Assembly: GCA_965287045.1 (NCBI GenBank) | Contig: OZ336890.1 | Coordinates: forward strand, 22,568,001-22,632,000 | Direction of reading: 5' to 3' | Length of the DNA stretch: 64,000 nt | Source of the DNA: Carcharhinus amblyrhynchos | Taxonomy: Eukaryota | In this document: positions 1 through 10,785 of the stretch, one piece after another | Numbering within the stretch: position 1 is the first letter of the stretch | Layout: each line of letters opens with the position of its first letter | Translations under genes and position numbers: made by a program | Notes under the pieces: model-generated | The model's input: only the letters and a program-made list of their open reading frames with translations | Databases searched by the model: none | Told to the model about the DNA's origin: nothing

Positions 1-215
1 TTCCCCCCAAAATTTCTAAGTATCGTAATGGCAAGAAATCTGGCCTGCTCCACATCACAATCTTTCAACACAGTGCAATGAAAGAGCCTCCATGTGAATC
101 ATGTCATTACGGAGGCTCCAGATGTATGGTTCACCCATAGTGGCTGCAGCTCTGCGCTGTTAAGCAGGGTTCGTTCCATTTAAACACTGCACTCGTAGTC
201 AGTCATGCCAGGGAG

Positions 216-417
216 ATGGCACCTCGCAAAGCTGCTCCATGATGTATCGAGAGGGAACTGGGATGGCTACTGGATGCCATGAAGGAGAGGAGGGGCGCCT
301 TCCTCCCAAGAGATGGTTAGTGGCCCAACAATGCTGTACCATCGTTCCCAGTCTTTAATGAGTGCCCATGCACTGGCACAGAGGACCGAGGGTCAGTACT
401 GCAAGTAAACAAATGAA
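216..417 (+). pseudogene. Harbinger Myb/SANT-like DNA-binding protein relic (N-terminal exon)
   Basis: Manual translation gives MAPRKAAP*CIERELGWLLDAMKERRGAFLPRDG*...SAHALAQRTEGQYCK*TN. This parallels the 6661-6885 ORF and the trihelix pattern of Harbinger ORF2/NAIF1-like proteins. In-frame stops are present. Confidence 0.62.
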
Positions 418-419
418 CG

Positions 420-545
420 AGATGGATTTTTATTGAATTTAAATTCCACCAACTGCTGTGGCAGAATTGGAACTCAGGTCCCCAGAACATTAGCTGAGTT
501 TCTGGATTAATAATCTAGTGATAACACCACCAGGCCATCACCTCT
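420..545 (-). mobile_element. tRNA-derived SINE (family 'B'), 5' half
   Basis: The reverse complement matches the tRNA-like head of the copies at 1985-2334 and 60349-60705 (GATGGCCTGGTGG...TAATGTTCTGGGGACC...GGTGGAATTTAAATTC). Confidence 0.75.
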
Positions 546-941
546 TCAATGGAGATGACCCAGATGAGGTTGGGCGCTCAGGAGTTGGCACTCCTCTCCT
601 CCGCCCGCTCCTCCTCCCCACCCCGCTGCCCCTTACTGAGACCTCGGAGGAAGGTTCTGATGACACCTCAGAGGAAAGCAACCAACCGTCGACACAGAAA
701 TCAAACACACCATCCACCAGCACAGGTACAGTCACCATGATGGGGTATGTTAATATTGAGGCTTCTGGAATGCTTTCAGGTAAGCACCATACAACTTGCT
801 GATGTATATCAGGTGGAGGCACACACTGAGATCTCCAGGAACTAAAACTTCAGCTGGCCCCCAGCAACGTCAGTTTTCTCAAAGTGGCTAGAGGTGCAGA
901 AGCAGAGCTGAAAATTGTAGAAATAACAAAAGTAAAGTTAT

Positions 942-1200
942 AACGTTTATTTATTAGTCACAATTAAGGTTTATTAACATTGCAGTTAAGTTACTGTGAA
1001 ATTCCCCTAGTTGCCACAGTCCGGCGCTGCTTTGGGTCAATGCACCTTACCAGCACGTCTTTCAAAATGTAGGAGGAAGCCGCAATAAACCCATGCAGAC
1101 GTGGGGAGAACGTGCATATTCCATACAGACAGTGACCCAAGCTGGGAATTGAACCCAGGTCCCTGGCACTGTGAAACAGCAGTGCTAACCATTGTACTAC
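942..1200 (-). mobile_element. HE1-like V-SINE with a GTGACTAATAAATAAA-type tail
   Basis: It is the reverse complement of the 16545-16839 copy: tRNA head, V-domain (CTGTATGGAATATGCACGTTCTCCCC) and tail CACAGTAACTT...GTGACTAATAAATAAA. Confidence 0.85.
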
Positions 1201-1984
1201 TGAGCTGTCAGTAACATTTCAGCAACTGCAGGGCTGCTTTGAGGAGTCCACAACAGTCAGTCACAGGCGATGGTGCCATTGTTGTGGTACAAAGGCCAAC
1301 TTTGCAAGGATAGTCGCCATGGGTGGCAGAATCCAAAGCAAGGCCGAATCACTGAGGACCCCAGAAGAATGCTCGAGACATAGCTCGAGACTGCAGCCTC
1401 GAGAGCATCACGCAGTCTCAGAGGGCACTTACCGAAGGGATTCAAAATTTGTCTCAGACTCAGAGAGCTGTTGCTAAAGGTTCATACACCACGTTACAGA
1501 TGCAGTTGGGCTTTCAGGCCTGGCAGAGCCAGGTGACGCAGAGACCTCTGGAGCTCACTCTAGCTGTTCCTCTGTTCCACAGTGGGGTTGGGAATCGGCC
1601 TCACTTGCAACCCCTCAGAGGTCATTCAGTGGCTGGGGTAATGCACTCAACATGAGCCCCAAGCCAGCGACAACCCCAGACATAAGGGTTCTCATACTGG
1701 CATGAGCGCCCCCCCCACCGCCACCCCCCCCCCCCCCCCACCGCCCCACCTCACCATAGCAGCAGCTTACAGCCCCCTTGCACCCAGGGTGTTGGTGCTC
1801 AGTGGTACTCACTCCGTAGCTCTTCGCTACTGCTGCATCTGAACTACACTTTTATAGAGCAGTAATGATTCACCCCAGATTGATGTCATGCCGGAGAAGT
1901 GGGAAGTATTACGGAGGGGGAGCAATTGTGTGCTGACCTCATTAATGATACTGAAATTCATTCAAATTCATGCTAATAATATGG

Positions 1985-2334
1985 GGGAGGCAATGCCGAA
2001 TGGAATGATCGTTAGACTATTAATCCAAAAACTTAGCTTTGTTCTGGGGATCCGAGTTCAAATCCTGCTGCAGCAGATGGTGGACTTGGAATTCAGTAAA
2101 AAAATCTGGAATTAAGAATCTACTGATGACCATGAAACCATTGTCAACTGTTGGAAAAACCCATCCGGTTCACTAACGTCCTTCAGGGAATGAAATCTGC
2201 TGTCCTTACCTGATCTGGCCTACATGTGACTCTCGAGCCACGCTCTAGACTCTTAACTGCCCTCGGGCAACTAGGGGTGGACAATAAATGCTGACTAGCC
2301 AGCGAAGCCCATGTCCCATGAACTAATAAAATAA
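1985..2334 (+). mobile_element. tRNA-derived SINE (family 'B'), near full length
   Basis: It has a tRNA-like head with B-box GAGTTCAAATCC, a body CCGGTTCACTAACGTCCTTCAGGGAA...GGCCTACATGTGACT and an A-rich end. It is homologous to 10444-10785 and 60349-60705. Confidence 0.85.
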
Positions 2335-3114
2335 TTAATTGATTTGTGCCAGTAAAAAAGGGCTGGGAAGATAGAAGCCATTTTGCGCTGGGCATCAGTC
2401 GGATTTTTAGCTTCTCGAGCTATTTTCCCAGCTGGCCATGCTGGTCGGCAGGGGTGATGAGGTGGTAAGATTACGCTCACAATCTTTCCCAATAATAGAT
2501 ACAATTTTACACACTATCTGCACAGGCATCTTTCTCAGAACACTGCTTGACTGTGTTTGGATTCTTGTCTTTGTCAATAATCTGGTAGTTATTATGGAAA
2601 ATCTTTGTTACTGAAAACATCCACTGAAGAAGAATTGACTTCCTATTAGGTAGCCAAAAAGAAACTGAATCATTGCAGTTTGTGAGTAGTGAGAAGGCCA
2701 AGTCTGTAACTGTGCGAAGAATTTATCATGATACTGCTTCTCCATATTTCTTTAAGGCTATCAAGTGGTTTTCCAGTTCAAAATTTCGATTCTCATTTAA
2801 ATTCTGTTCTTCATCAAACAGATGGCCGAAAAAACTGGAAGGAAAGGGAGAATTTTCAGAACCTAAACCAATTTGTCAATGTTAGCATTTTCTAAGTTCT
2901 GCAAGTCTTATGTCTGCACACAGTTGGAATGCAGTAGCTGTGTTTGGCAGCCTGTAGAGGAACCTATCCATTACTCCAGAATTGGCACAGCCTAAAGCTA
3001 TGGATATGAACAATTTGAGTTTGCACCACGTCAGAATTTACAAAATCAGAGATCCGTGGACAAGTTAGCGAGCCTTCTGTGAGAGCACAACCATTGACAA
3101 AAGTTGCTGAAAGT

Positions 3115-3915
3115 AGGGGTGGAATCTTGAGCCCAGGCACTCCGTGTGTCGGATTGCTGGCAGCGATGCAAAATCTGGAGAAAACTGGAAATTGTGAATC
3201 ACGTCAGCCAGATAGTCATTTCTGATTTTCCCCACCTCTCACCAGGCGTGAACTTGGCTTGAATACATTTCAATAAATTTAAATGTAATTAAGTAATCCC
3301 CTAACCACATGATCCCCTCTCATGGTATATTTATAGATGCTCTCGATAGATTTTTTAAAAGGTAAAGGGGATCGAGGGGATCCTTCTGGGGGCACAAAGT
3401 TAAGTATAGCCCTCTGGAGAGAGGGACGTGGCCAGTCACTGTCCTGGCAATGCCTTCTGGTTGACATTGCCTTTGGACACAAGATGGCACTGTCAGGTTG
3501 GCACTGCTAAGCTGTGCCAGTGTGTAATGCCAGGGCCAGACCCAAGTGGAAGCCCCATGGGAGAGTGGGGGCGGGGGGGAAGAGTGGTCATTGAATGGGG
3601 CCGCAGGGGTTGAAGTGCTGGCGATGACTCTGTGTAGCGCGAGGTGACAACTGGCAGCAATGACTGTTGGGGGAGGTGCCAGTGATTATTATCAGCTGGG
3701 GTGGGGGAGGGTGAAGGGGAGAGCCACATTCAAAGATGGTGCCCTCATTTCTATAGAACCTGTTGCCAACACTGTGTCTCGGCAGTGCCAGTGTGATGGC
3801 ATAAACTATGCCCACTCATATTTCTTTTCTTTAATGAGGTTCAAAATCTGTAGTGAAAACTAATCTGGTAACTGGAGCAGTACATGCCAGTTCTCTCTCT
3901 TCTGCCCACCAACAA
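3115..3915. mobile_element. Non-autonomous Harbinger-like DNA transposon remnant
   Basis: It has a GGGGTGGAATCTT-type terminus and a GC-rich body with GGCAC/GTGCC motifs and CAAAGATGGTGC, shared with 15230-15875. Confidence 0.4.
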
Positions 3916-4339
3916 CAACCCCCCCCCCCACACACACAGTATCTCTGCATTTATGACAGTAAACCTTAAGACAATTGAAGACCTCTTTGGGGAAGATTGG
4001 TAAAATCACTGATTTAATTGTGGTGCATTGTTTTATTTTCCTTCAGTATCTTACCTCTAGTTTTTCCCAAGAGGTAAGACACTTTTTGTTTCTCATCAAT
4101 TGTCAGTTCTGGATGCAGTGAAGTCTTGTGTGCAGACATACTTTGTGTTCTTCCCATCACATTAGACCCATGGAAGTTGAATGAATGAAGGCAGGTACCT
4201 CATTACGTCTGTGCCAACTGTTTTCTAGAATAGACCAAAAACCCTTGCAAGAGACCTACTGTCACTTCAGAGCATTGTACCTTTCTCTACTTCAAACAAA
4301 ATGCTGCAGTGATCTTTATCTCTGTGGTTCCCTGTGGCT

Positions 4340-5230
4340 AAATATCCCATTCTCCAACAACTTTGTGAAGAAATTTCACCTAACCTGTCTCTCGGTGATA
4401 ATTTTTAATTGATTTGCCAACAGGAGAAAGTTATTTTTTCCAATTCACCTTATCCATACTTTTCATGAGTTTAAATTCCTCTATTAAATCTCTTCCTGGT
4501 CGTCTTTACTGCAGTTACCTGAAGTCCTTTCTCATAATTATAGTTTCTCATCCTTGATTTGTTTTTAAGTCTGTTTATGATGTTTAAAGGCCTTTTTTAT
4601 AATGGGGCATTCATATCTGTAACCAGTATTTAATATAAATTCATAATTAGTTATTTACTCTATGCTCTATTTAAAACCCTCAAAATTCTATTGCCTTTTC
4701 ATGCTTTTATCTTCATTTTTATCTCAAAATTAGCTTTTCTCTTTGTGAGCCTGCAAGCTCATTTTTCATTGTATTGTGCACCATAGAATGACAATGAAAT
4801 TGAATTGAATTCTGCTTTCAGATAACTGTGTTTGAACCTTAAGCGTTCGGATCCTTCAAAATCTTACAGTTAGGTACATAGGGTTTATTTTGTTTATTTT
4901 CTTCAAAGATGCATTTCTTCACGGCATTAAATTGCATCAGCCAACCAATTCTGTTGTCCTTTGTGTCACACATCCTATTTGCCAAGCCTCCTCTTTTTGT
5001 TATTCCAGAAAATTCTGTTCCTATAACTCAGAATCAGACGTGTAGGCCCAGAACAAAAATGGAAGCAACAGTGACCTTTATAGTGTAGCACTTCTAATCA
5101 ATTACCACTTTAAACAATATGAGGCTGATTGCTTCTTATCACTCAACCAAACATTATCCATAAGTAAATCCAAGTATTTGTTTCCCTTGGTTAATGTTAT
5201 GATCAAATATTGGCAAAAATCTGACTGAGT
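4340..5230 (-). mobile_element. Old, degenerate CR1 LINE fragment
   Basis: It retains traces of reverse-complement CR1 3' ORF motifs (TTTGTGAAGAAATTT, CCTTATCCATACTTTTCATGAGTTTAAATTCCTCTATTAAATC, GGCCCAGAAC). Confidence 0.5.
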
Positions 5231-5456
5231 CACTGCATTGATAATGATGACTTTGGTAAATAAAATGTTTCCACTTAATCTTATGCTGACGTTGTACCCA
5301 ATTCTCACCTGGTATGGCTGATTTTAGAGCTGGATATGGAGAGCTAGCTTGCATCTAAGCTTGAGTTGTAAATGAAGAGAAAATGCTTCAGTTCAGCAGT
5401 ATGCGATGTTAGCTGTAACATTTTAGAAATGCTTACCTTGAGGCAATTAGCCCATT

Positions 5457-7084
5457 GGGAGGAATTTTGAGCCCTTCATTCTCTGCACCACATGTTCAAA
5501 ATTTGGAGAGACTTGGAAAACATGATTCGCGCTGGCAAGTTTCTGAGTTCTGATCTTCCAGCTCTCTTACCGAGCGGGCTAGTGTTCAGTATGTCTTGGG
5601 ATCCCAGGAAGCTCATTTTAATCCATTTCCATATCATTACTGAGCACTCTGTCTGGAACTTGTCCCCCTCCCCACCCCCAAACCGGCTATCCAGCTCAAC
5701 ATCGCACTGACTCCATTTACAACAGCTCTACAAAAGTGGATCTTGGCATCTTTCAATCCTTTCAAAACTTATTTCCCAAGCATTGAGCTGACATTCCCAG
5801 TAAGGCTGCAATATCTCACAGATAATACTGATGTGCACCACGATACAAGGGGTGATGGGGATGTCTATCATCTTGCACCCCAATCAAAGTCATGATGAGC
5901 TGCATTGTCAAGATCCCCCATCAGGATGCAAACGCTGCTCACGTGCAGTTACTCAACTGCCCGCTAACAGGACACTAGGTTTCTTTGGCGGGGGCTTGGG
6001 GGCTGGGGGAGTGCAAGCATTTGGTGCCACTGAGTGCCTGGAGTTTCCAGGATCCATGCGCTGCTCTATGCACCATAGAATCGCTGCATTTTTTGCACCA
6101 GAACCAACACTTTGCTGGGGTTGACATGGACCAATGTGGAGATATGGCTAGCTATAGCATCAGAATGGAGGGTGTGAGGGATGGCGATGAGGCACCTACT
6201 GATTGTGCTGCAGTTGGAATGGTTGTCCCAGAGGAATTGAGAGATGAGGATAGGGGCTTTCTCCACCCACAGCCCCCCCTCCCTTCCCCCCAGCCAACTC
6301 AATGACACGCTGTTCAGAACATATGCTGGTTTCGAGCTCTGACAGCACCAGCTCACACTTGTTATGTTTGAGTTTGTCCTGCAGTGACACAGACAGGGAG
6401 AGTGTAGGCAGGAGTTGAGAGTGAAGATAGTAGTGAGGTGTGGCAGGTATGGGGCTTAAGTGGGAGCTGGAGTGTGAGGATCATGGCAGTTACTGTGGGG
6501 AACAGGGTAATTGTGAGGTGGAGGGGGGGGGCGGTCTCGTACCTGGTGTTGGTTACCCCTGAGGTGGCTGGATGAGAGATGGAATGGAGGTGTGAGGATT
6601 GTCTGAGGGGAGGTCCAGATGGAGACTGGGGGTTTCACCTACCCTGCAAAAGCAAAAAAGCTAGTTCATCATCTTCTGACATTGGTGTCCTATCCTCTTC
6701 TGGAGTGCGCTTGCACTCACCAGGGCTGCCACTGCATCCCAGGTGAGGGTGATGTCCCTGCTGAATGGCAGCCTCCTGGAGCAGGGGTAGAGTGTATTCT
6801 GCCTCTCTTCCACTCCATCCTGCATCTTGCTGAGGGCTCCTTCCGAAAAACAAGGTGCAGATTTCTTGGCTGTCATCCCCTGCATTTATTCTGGAACAAG
6901 TGCTGGGGAGCTGTTTGTATGGAGCTACTCAGTGCTTGCTGCAATTTAGTTGTTGCAGAGTGGGCAAATCAGAGGGAACAAACCCCAAGTGCAGTCTGAA
7001 TTCACGCGGATGCCATCGGTGGGAATCGCACCATTATTTGCACCGGAACCAACACGTTGCCGTGTTTTGGTAAGATTTCGCCCT
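5457..7084 (-). mobile_element. Harbinger/PIF-type element carrying a split Myb/SANT-like gene
   Basis: Imperfect terminal inverted repeats GGGAGGAATTTT...AAGATTTCGCCC enclose a two-exon Myb-like relic. An internal repeat GAATCGC...TTTTGCACC(A/G)GAACCAACAC occurs at about 6078 and about 7023. Confidence 0.55.
6280..6885 (-). pseudogene. Harbinger Myb/SANT-like gene relic with a GT-AG intron at 6379-6642
   Basis: Exon 1 reads ...KKSAPCFSEGALSKMQDGVEERQNTLYP...WDAVAALVSA...QKRIGHQCQKMMN*LFCFCR and ends at donor AGG|GTAGGT. Exon 2 starts after acceptor CTGTGTCACTGCAG| and reads DKLKHNKCE...EQRVIELAG. The join is phase 0. Confidence 0.7.
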
Positions 7085-7752
7085 TTGTTTAGAGAAGTTG
7101 TAGTGAACTATGTTCATGACAATTGGGACAATGAGTGCAAATTAACAATAAAATCGAATGCAGTTCTGATTTCTTTGTTAATTTATCATAGTAGAACAAT
7201 ACTGAGATTTCAATGCAACAAAAATGACAAAAAAACACAGAAAATGAATTGCTGAAAGAAATCGCTACAGGCTTGCATGTCATATTCTATACCAGCTTTT
7301 GAATATATTTTAGATTTTTAAATTCTTTTAATTTAAAAATTTCAAAAATGAAGATCATTAATGCAGTCCCAAGTTAACTTCTGTGGCTGTTTGTGTAATG
7401 AATAAACATTGAACTTCTGAGGTTGTTGAATTGTGAGAAGAGACATTTCCCATCATCATGTTCCTGGGTTTTGAATGAAATCACACACAAGTATAATTCC
7501 CACCAGGGAGTGGGAAGCCGCCTGCATTAGGGTTCATCACCTCCTAAGGAAGACCCCAAGTTAAAATAGAAGTGGGCAAATACCAAAGCTGGCAGGCTGG
7601 GAGGCCCACCTCTGTTCACTGGGACGTCAGTTCAGTTCTGTCAATGGGTATCAGGCAACCTAGCTCCATTCTCCTTCTATACCCTCTCATATTTACCATG
7701 AACCCTCCATGCTCATCATATCTCCCAAGCACCCCCCCACCCCCCTCCCCTG

Positions 7753-7810
7753 GCCTCTTGATGCCCCCTTGCCTCTTGATGCCCCTTGCTTCTTGATGCC
7801 CCCTTGCCTT
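7753..7810. repeat. Short tandem repeat, about 3 x 17-18 bp
   Basis: GCCTCTTGATGCCCCCTT is repeated three times with small variants. Confidence 0.85.
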
Positions 7811-7822
7811 CTCCATAACCCT

Positions 7823-8050
7823 GAGCTTGGGTCGCTGTCTGTGCAGAGTCTGAACGTTCTCCTCGTGTCTGCGTTGGTTTCCTCTGGGTGCTCCGTTTTC
7901 TTCCCAGTCTGAAAGATGTGCTGGTTAGGTGGATTGACCATGCTAAATTCTCTTTCAGTACCTGAACAGGAGTGTGGCAACTCAAGGATTTTCACAGTAA
8001 CTTAATTGCAGTGTTAGTGTAAGCCTACTTGTGACTAATAAATAAATTTT
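7823..8050 (+). mobile_element. HE1-like V-SINE, 5'-truncated, with a GTGACTAATAAATAAA tail
   Basis: It has the V-domain GTCTGTGCAGAGTCTGAACGTTCTCCTCGTGTCTGCG and the tail GGATTTTCACAGTAACTT...GTAAGCCTACTTGTGACTAATAAATAAA. Confidence 0.85.
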
Positions 8051-8799
8051 ACTTCATTTTACCATCCTCATAACCTATTCAGCCAGCATCCAATGAGGAA
8101 CAGAACTCACGGGCCGGATAATCACATTGGGAGGCCTTTGAAATGACTGTGAATTGTGATCCATTCAAATTCCTGTTAGAAGCTTATAAGACTGTAAATA
8201 AAACACATAGCCATTCAAAAACCTCTTTAAAACTCTTTAATCCTATTACCTATTCATAAAACTGTCAAGCAAACAATTTTCATTGTCCCTGTGCAAACAA
8301 CTGCTGCTGTGCTAAATTAATTAGTGGTGTTTGGAAATCAACCAAGCATTCATAACGCAATTCCATTGTACAACTACATAAACAACCTTATATAGCTTAA
8401 TACATGAGTGTTTTTCAGGTTGTAAGAATATATGGCCATCTATTATTTTTTTCCAAAGGGTTAAGAGATGGGTTTTCAATCATAAAAATAGTTCCCACTT
8501 TTCAGCTATTTCAAATGCTCAATGAAAACCTGGACTTCAAATCAAAAAGCACAGAATACAGATAACATATCAATGTCTGATTCTCAATGCTATTGAATGC
8601 AGAAGAGCACTTTATCCACTGGAATAAGTCTTATAATGTAGGTGAACACTTATATAATGCTAGTCAATTTAGTGGCACTTGCCTTTTAAGGACAGAGTCC
8701 TATAGTCACTCGCTACATTAAAACATAATGAATTTATTGTATAATACCTAATTATGGCATTGGAAGTTGACAAGACCTTTCAATATATTGAATGGTTCT

Positions 8800-9405
8800 C
8801 AAGTTGGTGGAGGGGACAGAAAGGTGGTAGCTGATGGTCAATGTGGAGAAGAGTGAGGTGATACATTTTGGTAGGAAGAACATGGATAGACAATATAAAA
8901 TAAGGACTAAAGTTCTAGGGGTGCAGGAGTAGAGGGACCTGGGTGTATTCATGACTAGAACATTAAAGGTAGCAAGATAGGTGGAAAGAGCAGTTAATAA
9001 AGCATGTAATATTTTGGAACATATTAGTTGGGGCATAAAGTACAAAAGCAAGGAGGTTATGCTGAACTTATACAAGACATTAGTTAGACCTCAGCTTGAA
9101 TATTATGTACAGTTCTGGGTGCCACACTAAAGGAAAGATGAGAAAGAAATGGAGAAAGTTGCAGATGAGATTTACAAGAGTGGCTCCAGGGATGAGAAAT
9201 TTCAGTTAGGAGAATAGATTGGAGAGGTTGGGACTATTCTCCTTTGAGAGGAAAAGGCTAATAGGAGATTTGACAGAGATGTTCAAAATCAGGAAGAGGC
9301 TGGACAGAGTGGATAGGGGGAAACTTTTCCCACTTGTAAAAGGATCAAGAATGAGAGGGCACAGATTTAAGGTGGTTTGCAGAAAAGGAAAATGTGATGT
9401 GAGAA
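8800..9405 (+). mobile_element. CR1 LINE, decayed RT C-terminal region
   Basis: It encodes NVEKSEVIHFGRKN, YKSKEVMLNLYKTLVRPQLEYYVQFW and LERLGLFSFERKRLIGDLTEMFKI...RGHRFKV, with stops and frameshifts. Confidence 0.9.
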
Positions 9406-9859
9406 AGCTGCCTGTATTCGTAAGTCCATTCGCGAATAACAATTGGAAGAAGCATTCTATTACTGTATCATTGTGAGCTATAGCAAATGAAATATTTCCA
9501 CATTACAAAAGCATTTTCCACATTTTCATCGTTTTGTTTTTCATTACTGCTTGTTATTTTGAAAGAATATTACATTGTAATAATTATGCTTTTTGTTGCA
9601 TATCTATTTTCCATCTAGGATCATACAAAACAGAAGTTGATTCATGAATAGGTTGTTCAATGGTAACAAACTAAATTGTTAATTAGCATTCCTCAAACAT
9701 GTTTCCAATATCTCATTTCAACTGAAATTTTTGAAAGACACCCCCACTAAGACGCAGCAAAGCATATTTATTTTTACATGAACGAATAGGAAAATCTTGT
9801 CATTTAAAAACAGAGGAAGTATTTAATTTTCATGCAATTTGAAGTTCACTCCATTGAGA

Positions 9860-10130
9860 CTTGGATAGTGAAATGACAGACAGCAAGGATACATTGGTGC
9901 AAATTAAAGTGGCTAAACATGAAGCTGGCACCTTCTATGAAGGCGTACAGGCTTTGAAGGAATTCATGCAAGTAATTGCAGGCCAATCACAACAGGTAAT
10001 TGTTTTTTAATGATTATGACTGATTTGCGGATTGACTGAGAATTGAAAACAATCCATGGCACTGAGTAAAGATACCATGAAGATTGATGGATAGCAGGCA
10101 ATGCAACTTGCTTCAATGTATTGGAATCCA
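9860..10130. promoter_or_regulatory. Candidate conserved non-coding element
   Basis: It is a repeat-free unique block with TGACAG, TAATTG, TGATTGA-like and CCAAT motifs. Conservation was not tested. Confidence 0.2.
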
Positions 10131-10169
10131 TTAGTATATTAAATTCCCCTGCATTTCCTACATCAGAGT

Positions 10170-10380
10170 GCCTATTTACTTCAATGATCATGACCAAAAC
10201 AGATTAACCTATCATTTATCTCTTCTGTTGTTTATGGGATCTTACTCTTTGCAAATTGTCTGTCACGTTTACCTACATAACAACAATGGCTACATTTCAA
10301 TCATAATTCATTGGCTTATGAATGAATTATGTAGCAGGATGTCCTGGAATACAAAATGCATCATATGCCAGTCCTTCTTT
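10170..10380 (+). mobile_element. Deu-domain SINE (SacSINE1/AmnSINE-like), 3' part
   Basis: AAAACAGATT...TGTTTATGGGATCTT...GCAAATTG...CCTACATAACAACAATGGCTACATTTCAA...TTCATTGGC...CTTCTTT resembles the Deu-SINE 3' region with an L2-type tail. Confidence 0.6.
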
Positions 10381-10443
10381 ATCGTGCATGCACATCCAAT
10401 AGGTATGAGGATCTAACAGCAGAAAATCACAGGAGTAGTTTGC

Positions 10444-10785
10444 TTTTTTTATTCTTTGATGAGATGTAGGCATCGCTGGCATGGCCAGCGTTTATTGCCC
10501 TTGAATAAAATAGTTAATGAGGCCAATTCAGAGGGCAGTTAGGAGTCAATCCCATTGCTCTGGATCTGGAGCCAGACCAGGTAAGAAGGGGTAGATTTTC
10601 TTTTCCCTAAAGGCATTAAAAACAGATGCATTTTTATAACAATTGATAGTTTCACAATCGCCATTACAGAGACCAGATTTTAATTTCAGACTTTACTATT
10701 GAATTTAAATTCAGCTGTCATGGAGGAGATTGGAACCCATGTCCCCTGCTCTCAGGATTACAACTCCAATGATCCTGCCAGTGAC
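10444..10785 (-). mobile_element. tRNA-derived SINE (family 'B'), diverged
   Basis: TTTTTATTC...GGCCAGCGTTTATTGCCC...CAGAGGGCAGTTAGGAGTCAA...CCAGACCAGGTAAG aligns with 60349-60705. Confidence 0.75.

Larger units (their letters stand above)
1..2480 (+). mobile_element. Decayed Harbinger/PIF-type DNA transposon carrying a Myb/SANT-like ORF relic, interrupted by three SINEs
   Basis: The window starts with CCCCAAAATTTCTAAGTATC, similar to the element start at 63793. It contains a Myb/SANT N-terminus (216-417), an acidic S/T-rich segment (about 640-745, EEGSDDTSEES...TPSTST) and a coiled-coil-like segment (about 1200-1330, ELSVTFQQLQGCFEES) that is homologous to 35460-35590. Confidence 0.5.

Noticed and set aside
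1705-1755. C-rich tract with G-quadruplex potential on the minus strand (also about 35600-35705)
   Set aside because: It lies within decayed transposon sequence, and nothing indicates function.
7753-7810. CRISPR-like array
   Set aside because: It consists of three abutting units of about 18 bp without spacers, in eukaryotic context. It is a simple minisatellite.
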